From the NCBI RefSeq assembly GCF_009914755.1, contig NC_060942.1: 64,000 nucleotides of DNA; one strand, written 5' to 3'. The position numbers and the translations under genes were made by a program. The notes beneath the pieces were generated by a model. The model did no database searches and was not told the origin of the DNA. It saw nothing but the letters and a program-made list of their open reading frames with translations. Positions 46,956 through 61,244 of this stretch are shown piece by piece (the stretch's first letter is position 1; each line of letters starts with the position of its first letter). Source of the stretch: the human T2T-CHM13v2.0 reference genome, Homo sapiens.

Positions 46956-49934
46956 CAGTAATATAAAATTATATTTAATACCACACTCCTGTGTGGACAT
47001 TGAGGCATATAATTCAAATCATAGTTAGCAGATTATGCTCAACTAAAACAAGACTCAATATCTACAATAGAGTGTTCCTTTAATCAACCTAGAAATTCAA
47101 AGCAATTTCAATCAAATTATCAACAGGTGTTTTTAGTTTACTTTTTGAAACTTTACAATTTGATTTCAAACTTCTTACAAAGGAGCTACCAGAAATAGTC
47201 AAGTCATTTTGAAGTATAAAGAAGAATAACTTGCCCTATAGAATAATAAAATTTACCATAAAACTCAAGTAATCCAGATACTGGGATATTGGCACAATAG
47301 TAGATCAATAAATCTCTAGATGACTAGAACTGAAAGTGAGAATTCACATATACGTAATAAAAAAGTAAAAATGTGGACAGGCAAGATACACATTAGTTTT
47401 AGGATTAACAATTTCCTTCTTGAGAAGGAGGGTGAGTAATGAGTAAATATTTCAAAGGATATTTTTAAGAGCATATGGAATGTTATATTTAAGTAATCTT
47501 AAGTAAATATGAAAAAATTAAGGATTATTTATCTGCATGATGGGTGAATGGATATTTGTTAAATATTTTCTTCATGATATTGAAATATTTCACAATACAA
47601 ACAAATTGAAAACTCATTTACTACACTAGTAGTAACAGAACTTGAATTTTAGACTCTCCTTGGCCTTCAAGTATCTCTGTAAACTTCACTGTCTAAATAT
47701 TACTTTTATCATTTATAAAATACAGCTGTCAGAATAGATCTGTAGTTTAAAGCCATAGTCCATGCCCTAAACCACAAATGACAATGTTCCTGTTTGTTCC
47801 AACCTATGTAATTTCCAGGAATTTCAATGGGCCTTGACTTTTAGCTGTATTTATCAGTCAGCCTTTATTTGTCGAATAAGTAACTACAGTTCTTAACTCC
47901 CCTTGCTTATTCCTCCAAGAAGAAGGCAATTATCATGCCATCTTCAATGTAATGCACTAACTGGTCCTTAATGGTTATCATTTCCAAGTTTATCCTCATC
48001 TAATTATGACAACATGCCCATATCTTCACATATCCCTTTGGGAAAACAGCAAATGTATACTGGGTTCCATTCAAAACATTGCAAACAGAGCCTGGCTAGA
48101 CTGCAATTCTGTATGGAAAGGAAAGCATTAGCTAGGCCTGTAGAGACATGCCAGTCCCTGGTTGATTCTCTCACCCTTCCTGTACAGTCTTTTCTATATA
48201 CGATACAGCTGAAGCAAATGAAGATACCATCTTGTTTAATCCTCTACTCTTAACTTCCAGAATGTCTGCTTTGCATAATGACCAAATAGGACTATTAAAG
48301 GGGAATTTAGTAGGAAATAATACTCCTACTATAACCATTCTCTTAACCAGAGGAGTGATCTCTTGCTACCCTCCAGATAAGTTGTTACTTAGCATGATCA
48401 ATTAAAACTAGGAAAAGAACAGGCTTAGACAATATCCCTGATGTAAAGAATAAAGACAACATGACCATTCACTCATTTATATCCATTCCAGTATGGCATT
48501 TTAGTAAAGCTGCTGAGACTTCAGGGTAATCACTCCAGTTATCTGTAATGCAACCCAATTTGGAAGTCAACCCATTCTTTAATCTCCTCATATACAACAT
48601 TTCCATAAGCTCCTTTCATCATTGGGCCTTTCATAGCACCATCCTTATTCCCCCATGGATTACTGTACCTTGAGCTGTACCATACCTTGCAGAATTAAAG
48701 TGCTTTGCATACCACTCACTTTCCACTTCACTCAAATTGTTACTTAAGACCCAGGATTTTCCACCAGGGATTGGACAACTGGGTGAGCAGATCATGGGCT
48801 CTCAATCCTTTACAGATTCTATTACTTTAATTGAGGGTAAAATCAGCCCTGGTTCAAATATTTTTTTCATTCTAAACCTCAATCCTTATAAATTAACTTG
48901 AATTCCTCAAGGCCTTGGAGTATAAGGAGAATGGATCATGTCGTCTCCATTTAAGGGTGCTGAGTTTTTTTCTGGCAGGCACTCAGTTACTGGGGTTACA
49001 TTTGAGCTTGTCAGGTTTGGTTTTATTCTTTACTATGGTAATCAATTTCAGTTTCTAACTTAATCCTTAGGCCTACATCCTTATTTTGGAGCTTGATCCT
49101 TAGCTTTAAAACCTGTCCTTTGTGGAGTCTAAATAGAATGTCCAAGGTGCTCAACCGGGCTGCTTCACTCTTCCTGGGCAGGGAGTCACGGTCCCTGGGA
49201 GCCTCACAGCAATAGCTTACTGTTAAGCCTCACAGGATCTCTTCCAGCACACCCACAACCCAGCCCAGGAGACCTGCTGAGAATCCACACTAAGACTTCC
49301 CCAGTCTCCCTCTGTGCAACTGCCTCTTCTCTGATATACCGGTTTCCCAAATCCCAGCTGCTTCAGCAGTCAGTACTTCAACTGTGTCATCTCAGTTCAG
49401 CAAGACCCCACTGACTTGAGCTGCACCTCCTGGCAACGTGCCCCGAAAGTGCCCAGGCAGAAAGGGTGATCAATGCGGTTCATACACCGTTTTCTCTTAA
49501 AGAGCATGGTTTTGCACTGCCTTTTGTTCAATGCAAGAAAACCATTGCCTCGTATGTTGTCCGGTTTTATAGTCCCTCGTGACGGGAGGGCAAGAACAGT
49601 ACCTGTCACTCTGTCAGGCTAGAGGTGGACATCTGACTGTCTTTTTCCAGTGTGATTTTTTTTAAATAGCCCAAATTCAGTATATTTTCATGAAAGTGCC
49701 AGTAGATGTCAGCAAAAGGCAAGGCAGTGATACATGAATTTTGTAGTTGATGCCAAAACTTCAATTAGCAAAGTCAGAGTTCAGTCAAACATGTCAATTT
49801 TCTAAATGTAGTGACTCTACCTATAATTCTGTTTGTGGGGTGGTGGGTGGGGTTGGATAGTTGGAAGTGAAAAGAAGAATCTGATCTGCCAGATTAACAA
49901 CTGACCTGCAAGTCATCAGTTGCTCTGACCTGTC

Positions 49935-50570
49935 GTACCGGGCCCTGAGAATTCAAACCCAGAGGACTATTCACAGAAAAAAAAAATGCTAAGCAGTGAT
50001 TTATTTAGTTCCATCTTGAAGGGGAGAGTACCCTATTACACCAGATTTCTGAATAAGGTGGTGACCTGCAGGTGTGCCCCCAAGACTGACTAAACCTTAG
50101 AGAGGCATATTCCTGTCTCTAGCCTGACTTTCTTTTGCTTACATTTAATTTATGAAACATGTGAGTTCTTTTTCTGCCCCTTTGAGATATAAATCTTTTA
50201 AAAATTTTCTTGCCAGTTTTATATTGCAGGACTTTCTCAAGAACTTGGGACCATTCCTTTGAAATGTAATCATAAGGGAAGATAGCTCCTTCATCTCCCA
50301 GTTTCTGTCAGAGGAGAGAAGCCTAACTTCAGTGGACACCAAGTTGTAAAACTACCTTCTGCCATGAAGGTATGGAAATGTTTATTTTTCATTTGAGTAA
50401 CGCCAATTAGCAAACATAGATGCCCTATAATCTTCCTACTCCACCTCTTAAAGAGTCTCCAGCCCTTTGTTTCAGCAGAAGTGAGCTCAAACTGAGTTTG
50501 GACTTTCTCTTGTATTGCCATAGCCTTGAATAGTCTTTCTTTACCTGTTTGTGCAACTTTGGCTCCAGCA
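49935..50570 (+). mobile_element. ERV-type LTR remnant
   Basis: ctttgaaatgtaatcat...gatagc...gagcctaacttc-like and tgagctcaaactgagtt LTR-like motifs. Confidence 0.5.
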
Positions 50571-50811
50571 TACCAAACTGGATTTATTTAAAAATCTTTA
50601 AGTTATCCTTTGCAAAAAAAGTGTGGTATTCAGCATACTTAATATGCAGGCATTCAAGATAGGCTCTGAGTTTTTGAATGTGAAGTATTTGTGTGTGTGA
50701 TAATCTATGAATTCCTTGTTCCTGCAAAACATTTCTGTGACTATAATGATTGATCAAATCAGTTAATATGCTAAAAGCTACTAAATTGTACACTTCAAAT
50801 GGTAAATTGTA

Positions 50812-51197
50812 CTATAATTCACACAATGGGTGGGTTCATCCACCCAATTACCACATCCAATGAAGATTTAACAAGAATTTATTACTTGCAATAAGTAAGG
50901 AGGACATGGAAATAATTCCCCAAAGCAGTACCTCTCCAAACAAAGGTGGAAGCTGGGCTTTTACTGGGCTAATAGCTGAATCATTGCATGTAGAAGTCAG
51001 TAAAGACAGTGCAGGTGCAGTGATTATGCTTCTACTTATGTCCTGTGGATAGAAATGGTAAATAAGCTCCTCCTTGGGCTGGGTTTTTAATATGGTAATG
51101 AGGAGGATTCATCAAAAGTTTATCTCCTACTTAGGCATCTCTGAATCCAACTGGTTTTTGTTTTGCTGAGGTTGGGCTTCTTCCTAGGAATTTTACA
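50812..51197 (-). mobile_element. ERV-type LTR remnant
   Basis: aagaatttattacttgcaataag... typical reversed LTR U5/R text. Confidence 0.45.
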
Positions 51198-51233
51198 ATA
51201 TGATATGTGAATTATATCTCAGTGAATCTGTCT

Positions 51234-51897
<664 letters not shown>

Positions 51898-52804
51898 GAA
51901 GCGTTTAAGGAGTATGGTGATTGTTAGCTAAACTAAAGCCTAAAAAAGGCAAGGTAGGAATTTTTTTAGTGGTAATAAAATTCACAGTTTGTGTTGTTAT
52001 TTCACATATTAAAGGATTCCTTTGTCTTTTAGATGTTTCAAATGCTTTCAAAACATTGTTTAGATAATTACACAACTCATGAAACAGTGGTTTGTGAAAA
52101 TTAAAAATGACTAAAATTAAGTTAGTTGATTATGCATGCTAAGGAAGTTTGCTTACTAAGCAATTCTTTAAAGTACATTGTGTTTTTAAAAACTGAAAAA
52201 AAGTCATAACTTTAGTAGCTTCTCAACAGTATACTTGAACTCCCCAGAACCACTGATCAACTTGAGCAAAAATTATATTTTCTTCTTAATAATTGCTAGA
52301 TGTATGTGGCTTTAAAATGTATCTTTGCTAAAAGCTACGGACATTTCATTGACTCCATGCTGTGAAGCAGTGTTATTGTACACTGTGAGTCTAGTTGTAG
52401 AAATCATTTGTTATACACAAGATTTTATAATAACTACCTTATAATACAGCATTCTTTCATGTGTAATAAAGCCAAAATATAGTTATTTTCTTATAAAGTA
52501 TTTGTTAAAAACAACTGGAAGAAAGCAAAAGTGTGCAGTGAGTCTGTCATATGTGAAATTGCTCTTAAATTTTTACTTTGAAATCGAAGTTTTAATGGTT
52601 ATATATTAATTTATTCACTAAACCCTGTGTACAGCAGAAGCTATTGTGTTACTATTTTACTTTGAACTGAATAGTATTCTAAAATGATTTGACCACCTTA
52701 ACCATGTCACACTTACGCCATAAAATGAATCTGGATGAATTTATTATATTCGTTTTTCTAATTGTAAGTAAAGACAATACTCTTGTGATTTTTTACAAAT
52801 ACAA

Positions 52805-52835
<31 letters not shown>

Positions 52836-55069
52836 TACATATGTGTGTATGTATATACATGCATAAATACACAGTGTATATAAATATATATGCATATATA
52901 TCCAGATATACATTTAAATATAAACATATGTATGTACCTTAACTTAGATACATCTTTCTATGACCACTTTTTGTAGACTCATTTGTTTGTTACCTAATCA
53001 TCATGAATAAAATGTGGCTAAATTGTTCTTAAGAAAGTTTTCTGTTTAAAATCTTTAAAAAATAATTATTAATGTTTTGTTACAGAATGCTTAAGTATAA
53101 AGACTCTAGATATAAAACCGCTAATCCATAGAAAATATATACCTATCTTAAATATAAAACTTTAAGATTTTAATATCTTCCAATAAATACCTAAGCAGTT
53201 CATGAAATCATACTTGAAAACAATATGAATTTAAGAACATGATATTTCCTTAAATCAGTTACAATGATGTAACCATCTATTTAAATAAATAAAACCAAAA
53301 TATTCTCTTTTCATCCATACTGAGTTCTATTCTCAGGGTCACAAAACTGACAAATTGACTTTGAGAACTGTGTTGAACAAGCTAGTGGACAATTACTACA
53401 TAAAGAGGACAATTGATTCTGTTTGGATGAAAATGACAGTTCTACCAGTCATTTTGTACAAATAGTAAAAGAATGTTTGTGAGAATAAAAATATTAACTA
53501 CAACTTGATATAGGCTATTCTTTAAATTTCCAATAGTCAATTCCATATAACCAGCTATTAAAAGCTGTGTTCATTTAATGTCTCAAGTGCTGTAAAACAT
53601 ATTAAAATTTCAAAAGTGCATTTTATTGAAATAAAATATTGTATTAGAGAAAAAATTTAAAAAAACAATGTGTTGATATTGTGTAAGGCAGTTGATGTTT
53701 TAAGAGCAGGTGGTAGGTTACTCTCTAAATAAAAGGAGAAAATTCTGCTACTTCATATACATTGCAAATCTAGGTTTAATCAACTTCCACAAAACCACTT
53801 TACCTTATGTATTAACATATGAAATATGTACATTATATATGAAAGTAAGTTTATTATTTAGATTAACATAAAAAATAAAAAAATAAGAAATGTGATGTAG
53901 GTTTAAATGCTTGTAGGTTTCTAATAATAGCTTGAAGATAAGCCATGAAAATAACGGCTAGGTTGTATTCAAAATTCTGATTGATATTTAGGTTGAAATG
54001 ATAATTAAAAAATAGTTTAGCACTCTCCCACTCAATTGTGTCAAGATTAAATTTACTCCAAAGTTGGGCATTGTTTCCAGCCACTCTGCCTGTTGGCATT
54101 TATTCAGAATGATGGTAAGCTGACTGCTGACTATTGGCATATCTAAAAACCATGAAAACTCAAACACTCCAAATGCAACATTAACGTATGTGGTATATGT
54201 ATAATTTTCTGTCATTTGACACATAAGCTTAAAAAGTTTGTATGATTACCTCAGTTTCAACTAAATTTAGGACTTAGTTTGACCCACAAATTATCCAACA
54301 TTCTTATAATCAGTGATCTCTACTCCCATTCCACCAACTCTCTCAGAGTCTCTTTGGTCTGTGGTGCTCACCTTTTTGTTCATTAAAGCCCTTACAGAGA
54401 GAGCCATGCATAAACATCCTATCATCCAACCCTTCTCAAAGCCTTTCTAGAGATCCTTCCAGTTGGCATCAGGAGACTGTGGCTATCATGGACTCTACCC
54501 ATTCTTACTATTACTAGTGTGTTTGAACAGTAGATATTTCTTTCATTCTTTGGTTAGCTTCCATTCATTAGTTCATTTTTCATTTATCAGAGTGAGGAGC
54601 AAATTTGGTTTTCTTCTTCAGATTTGTTAATTATCTGAACCTTATATATAGTTCTTGCATCTGAAACACATTTTCTTCTCTGGCATTCTCCAGGTCAATA
54701 CGTACACTTTCATTAATTATCTGCATATATACTGGACAAAGCTTTAAATGAGGTACAATCTGTTTTCCATATTTTGCCCTGAGAAAATGGCAACCTCTAC
54801 CTTAATTACAGGTAATTTTTTTTTGCAATCTTTTGTGTCTGTTAAATAGATCTGAACTTAACTTCTACAAATTCTCAAATTTTTCCACATTTATTTTTCC
54901 CATGAAGGAGGCAAATTTAACTTTTCAAAAAGCATTTTCCTACATCTAAATAAATTAAAAGAATATCATCTCTGACAGTCCTTGAAATTCCTGTGATGAG
55001 TAGAGGAAATTTTATGAAATTCACTGGTGTAGAGCTGAACACCTGCTTCGAAAAGGAGTGGGAATTAAA

Positions 55070-55308
55070 CAGTTGGAACACATGGACACAGGGAGGGGAA
55101 CATCACACACTGAGGCCTACCATGGGGTAAGAGGCAAGCGGAGGGAGAGCATTAGGACAAATACCTAATGCAAGTGGGGCTTAAAACCTAGATGATGGGT
55201 TGATAGGTGCAGCAAACCACCATGGCACATGTAAACCTATGTGATAAACCTGCACATTCTGCACGCGTATCCGAGAACTTAAAGTAAAATAAAAAATAAA
55301 AATAAAAA
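55070..55308 (+). mobile_element. L1PA7/8-like 3' end
   Basis: acacatggacacagggagggg...ggggcttaaaacctagatg...gaacttaaagtaaaat. Confidence 0.9.
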
Positions 55309-56764
55309 AGGGGATTCAGTTTACTTCATACTAACATATGTTCCTTGCACATCACTTTGCTTAAATTTCTCTGATATCTGTAGCAGAGCATCTGAAAATA
55401 ATCTGTAGTAATAGCATTTTGACATTGCAGCCTCCGTGGACCTGCATGCACAGGAGACTATGACTTGCTTTTATATCTCATATTATTGCCTTTTCTACAT
55501 GAATGGTACAAGTTTTTTGAATATTTCACTTAAAAGTGCTCACAAATATATTTCCTAGCTCTGTCTTCCTAGAAACAATGATAGCTTAATAGCACAAGGT
55601 ATACCTAGTACTCAAAGCTTGATTTTAAATACCAGTCTCCAATAAAAGGAACGATGAATGCTTAGAGAAATGGCTGGTTTTAGGGCTTGAAGAGGAAATG
55701 TACAATACAAGCCTGGAACAACTTGTGATGACAGAAAACCCGGAAGTAAGACCCAAAACAAACAAAAAATTAATAAGGGAAGAAAGCATGTCAAAAGGGC
55801 ACAGGATCCAATAATCCACTGGAAGGACTTCCCAATGGCCAAAGCTGAGACAGTCTGGGTAACAAAATAAACATTGGTAGTATTAGATTATAACCTGTAA
55901 AATAAGATAAACCCCCATGAGTCCCTTCTGATATAAGTGAATAATTAAATGGGGAAAAAGGACTTTACTTACATTAGAAAAAATGAGGGAACTATAAAGT
56001 CATCATTAAACAAACACCAAAATAATAGTTGTTGCAGGTAACAACAATGGATACTAAAATTAGTGGACAAAAGTATGATGAAAAACAGGATATTTCGTGG
56101 TCTCAAAGTATTTCTCATGTGTTACTTTGCTGTGAAGAAACCTGGCAGATGCCACCTTAGTGATGGGATCAAAGTTAATATTGCAGCAATAGGACATATC
56201 AACAATATAATATGATTCACTGGAAAGGTATATTCTCGTTGCTGTGGTATTCCTGCCAAATGTTTATAACCTCAATCTTATCATGAGAAAACATCAGGCA
56301 AACCCAAATTGGGAAGCACTTAATAACCGAGTAGTATTCTCCAAACAAACCAAGGACATGAAAAACAACAGAAGACTGAATGCCTGTCCAGTATTGGAGG
56401 AGAGCAAGAAGATACCCACGTGCAATGATCCTGCATTGAAAAAGTACAAAAAATGGACATTATGAGGAAAGTGGTAAAATACAAATAAGGTATATAGATT
56501 ATTTTATATCAATACTAATTACATAATTTCAATAATTACACTATAGTTATGTAAGATGTTAGCATTAGGGGAAGCATGATGATATATACAGGAGAACTCT
56601 CCATACTATTTTTGCAAATTATCTATTAAAATTTTATAAATAAAAATTACATTTTCTAAATAAAAATTTTAAAATAACATGCCACAGGATGTATAGTTAT
56701 GCAATGTATTCATGAGTTTTTTGATGCTTATGTTTAGAAATACTTTATACTCTAGTGTTCTAAA

Positions 56765-56990
56765 CCAACGATCAGCAAACTGCTTTGTGTAAAGGGCAAT
56801 TAGTAAATATTTTAGGCTTTGAGGCCCACAAGTTCTCTGTCTCAAATATTCCAGCGTGCTGTTGTAATATGAGAACAGTCATAGAACATATGTAAACAAA
56901 TGGATATGGCTGTGTTCCAATAAAACTGTATTTACCAAACAGGTAGTAAGCTGGATTTGGCCCAAGGGCCAGAGTTTGCCAACTTGTTTT
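56765..56990. mobile_element. MER58A-like hAT-Charlie element
   Basis: cagcaaac...gtaaagggc...gtaaatattttaggcttt...aataaaactgtattt...ggatttggccc...gagtttgccaac. Confidence 0.8.
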
Positions 56991-57624
56991 CTAGACTAAG
57001 GTCAGACCATATCACCTGGGTAAAGTTTATTAGAGTTGTCCCAAAGTTGTATGAACATTTCTTCTCCTATACCCAAGGCTACCAATTAACAGGTAACCAG
57101 TATTATTGATTTTTAAATGTAAAAGAGAAAATATAATTCGTGCCTTAATATGGTTAACTAATGAGTTTTCTAATATTTCCGACTGGTTTGCTAGCTTCCT
57201 GCTTTATATGATGCTATTTAATACCCTGTTTTCCACACTCAAATTACACTGTTCAACAGTGTCATCCCCTATGTTCTTCCACAGTAATATTAAATAATAC
57301 AGAAGACATAAATTGGGTTTTGGTTGTTTACCCTAGGACGAGTATAAAATATGACACTTTTAATCATATTTTAATATTGTCATAGCAAGAACAATTTGGT
57401 TCGTGTTGCTTTTCCTTCCAGGAAAATGAAATAAAAAAAGTATATCAATTACTTATGAGAGAATTTATTTAGGGTTTCTAAAGATATAATAAGAATATCT
57501 AATTTTTATTTTATTAACTGCTTTGAATAATGGTTTACAATATCTGAGAAGACTCATGTTTGTACTATACAGGTGTAAATCTATTTAAAGCCATTCAGAC
57601 AGTACTAGAGAGCATATAACATAT

Positions 57625-58015
57625 GTAAGACTCCCAGAAACAAACCCTGAGAACAGTATTTGAGTTTATATGGAAGGTGAAAGGAACACCTGTAAGGAGG
57701 TGGGAGGAGTAAGACAAGAAAGGGCAGGTGGCGGGTAAAGGGTGTCTTGACAAGCCAGCTGGACCTGTGGGTGAACAGCGCTTAAACCCTCTGGGATTCT
57801 AGGAAAGTCAGCAGTCATTAGTTGAAGGCTTCTCTGGAGGATGTTAATTCTTCAGCACCTCTGGTCTGCTGTGCACGCAAGGAACCAGGCTCTGACAGCA
57901 GATAAAACCCTCAGGCAAAGAAATGTAAGTGCTGGCCACAAGGAGTCAGGCTAGGGTATGCCGAAGAGAAGATTAGGAGGGGGCTTAGGTGGAGCATCAA
58001 CGGCACCTACTGCAG
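57625..58015. mobile_element. MLT1-type MaLR LTR
   Basis: cccagaaacaaaccctgaga...tttgag...tttat; diverged. Confidence 0.5.
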
Positions 58016-58067
58016 TATATTTAACTGAAGAGCCCACACCAGCTTCTGATGCCTAGAAAAAGTTCCT

Positions 58068-58436
<369 letters not shown>

Positions 58437-60239
58437 TAACAGAATATTTGGATTTTCTTTTTTTTAAGTTCTGCAAAAGCTGATCACATAACAGCAATGT
58501 ATTTCCCATCTGACATGACGTTGCTTCACCGCTTGCAGCTTATCTCCAAAGCTTCATTCCTCTGTCTTTTCTTGGTAAAGAATGTTGTTGTTGGGGAAGG
58601 ACTGTCCAAATAAATGGTGAAGCTATGCTTTCAGGTCAGCAACATGCTGCAGAGTCCCTCTGAGTGGTCCAGCAAATAGCACATTCTGTGAGCATCAGGG
58701 TGTTGGCAGAGTTGGGGGTCATTGTATCAAGGCTGGGCTCTGAACCTGAACTCATGAGCCCTGCCTTCTCAAGCTCATCAGGATTTGCTTTGTTAGTTAT
58801 TTGGGAGATTACAGTTTGCTTTGGAAGTTGTAAAATATCTTTAGAATGCATTGGTTTCTCTAAGTCCAATTTATTTCTGCAACATATTTTATCTGAGACT
58901 ACACCAGGGAGAAACATAAATTAAAAGCTACTCAATTTGTGCCATTAGCCTGAAAGAATAATAGAAGAGACAACCTCTTCTTTGTCTTGGAAAATAAGTT
59001 AGCATACTTGTTTGACTACTAAAGGTGGGATTTCCAGATGTGTAATTTAGTTTAGATAGGTTGAAATAAAAGGTACATTTTCCTCTGAAATAAAGTAAAA
59101 GAGGCTGTAGTGTGGTGCTCTGTTCATGCCTCTAGAGATGGGAGAGCAGAAGATAAAGGGAAGGGAAAAGGAAGGGTCTAGGGAGCTAGGAAAACCAGTA
59201 ACTTATGAGAAGGCTGCATCCTACTGAAGAAGTTATCAACTGAATTCCTGTGGTGGGCACTGGTCAATGAATTTACAGGAATTGCAATATGTTACCTTAA
59301 ATTTAAAAATCATTCTACTCTGTAATGCAACTATTCAAAATACTTCCAATTAAAGTCTGGTAAAAACAAAACTTTGGTTAGCGGAATCTGGGGCAGGGAA
59401 AGAGGAGAAAGTAATCATTATTATATAAGAGACCAGCAGCACAGCACACAATATTTAGTAACCAGAATGTCTAACTACATTGTGGATTCTAATCAACTTC
59501 CTCCCAATAAGACATTCTGCTGCAGGGACATCCATCCCACTTTGTGGGGTTTGCAAACTTCTAAGAAACAAACCACTTAATAAGAGTGTCAAACATTGAG
59601 TAAGGCAACTGACCTAGACTCTCTCTCTCTTTTTTTTTTTTTTTTTTGGTCAATGTTGTTAAAATAAAGAAGTTTGGAAAGAACAGAAGGCTTCTCTTTA
59701 TTACTTCTTCACAGCAGGTAAACAGCCTCCAAAAATTGCTTTGAGGCAATTAAGCAGGCAAAGGTTTTTATAAGGTTTTGAGGATGGAATCCCTGTGACA
59801 GTCCCAGGTAACCAAGTAGCAGAGACAATGAGTATAAGACCCAGAGAAAATTCCAAATTCCCAAACATTCTGGACTGAACATTTCCAAACAGGATATGGT
59901 AACTATGAGAAAATAAAATGAAATAAAAGATAAGAAAAAGTATTCCCTGTCACTTCTCTGATAAATATATGAATAGTTATTTCTCAGTAACTTGGCATTA
60001 ACTTAGGGCCAAATAGAACACTCCAGCTAAGAGACCTAGGTAAAAATTTTTGAGATCCCGGGGACTCAAGATAGTCCAGGAACATATAGTCTTTCAATGG
60101 CAAGAAAGAAAATAAATATGCATAAACTGTTCATCCTAGACTAAGAAACATAAAGATTAAATACAATGTGCAAATTTTAATTGGAAATAAAAGAATCCAA
60201 CTAAAAGAGATATTTTGGGAGGCAATTAGGGCAACTTTT

Positions 60240-61240
60240 TAAAAATTTATTTTAAATGGACATATTAAAGATTGTAGATATCATGTACAATATGATGTTT
60301 TAAAATATATATACATTGCGGAGTGGCTCAATACAGCTAGTTAAGGTATGCGTTACCTTGCATAGTTTTTCGTTTTTTGTGGTGTGAACACTTAGACTCT
60401 GCTTTTTCTCCCCACAATTTTCAAAGAATACAATGCATTGTTATGAACTATATTATGTTGTACAATAGCTCTCTTGAATTTACTCCTATCTAACTGAAAT
60501 TTTGTCTCCTTTGACTAACATCCCCTTACCTCCATCCCACCCCCAACCCCTGAGAACCACCATTCTACTCTTGTTACCGGAAAGGGGTACTGATCCAGAC
60601 CCCAGGAGAGGGTTCTTGGACCTCGCACAAGAAAGAATTTGAGGCAAATCCATAGAGTGAAGGCAAATTTAATAAGAAAGTAAAGGAATAAAGAATGGTT
60701 ATTCCGTTGGCACAGCCTCCCTGAGGGCTGCTGGTTGCCCATTTTATGGTTATTTCTTGATTATACGCTAAACAAAGGGTGAATTATTTATGCCTTCCCG
60801 TTTTAGACCATATAGGTAAGTTCCTGACATTGCCATGGCATTCGCTAACTGTCATGACACTTGTGGGACTGTAGCAGTGAGGACGACCAGCAGTCACTGT
60901 CATCGCTGTCTTGGTTTTGGTGGGTTTTAGTTGGTTTCTTTACTACAAACTGTTTTACCAGCAAGGTCTTTATGAGCTGTATCTGGTGTCGACCTCCTAG
61001 TTGATCCTGCTACTTAGAATGCCTACCCATTTGGGAATGCAGCCCAGTAGGTCTCAGACTTATTTTACCCAGCCCCTACTCAAGATGGAGTTGCTCTGAT
61101 TCACACGCCTGTGACAGGTTGTACTTGTAGGAGTTCAGCTGTTTTAGATTCCACGTATTAATGAGATAATGCAGTATGTGTCTTTCTGTGCCTGGCTTAT
61201 TTTGCTTAAGATAATGTCCTCCAGGTTTATCCATGCCATT
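60240..61240 (-). mobile_element. L1MA-like 3' end interrupted by a MER41 LTR
   Basis: tgtacaatagctctcttgaa...aaccaccattctactct | LTR | tttagattccacgtat...gtctttctgtgcctggcttattt. Confidence 0.75.
60572..61116 (-). mobile_element. MER41 (MER41A-like) ERV1 solo LTR
   Basis: tgttaccggaaagggg...gaccccaggagagggttcttgga; minus strand starts tgtcacaggcgtgtgaatcagagcaactccatcttg; about 545 bp. Confidence 0.88.
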
Positions 61241-61244
61241 GCAC

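Noticed and set aside
58636-58700. ECAICW...CC as a RING finger (RNF152-like)
   Set aside because: Only the first CxxC pair is present; the remaining RING ligands are absent in the frames I read.
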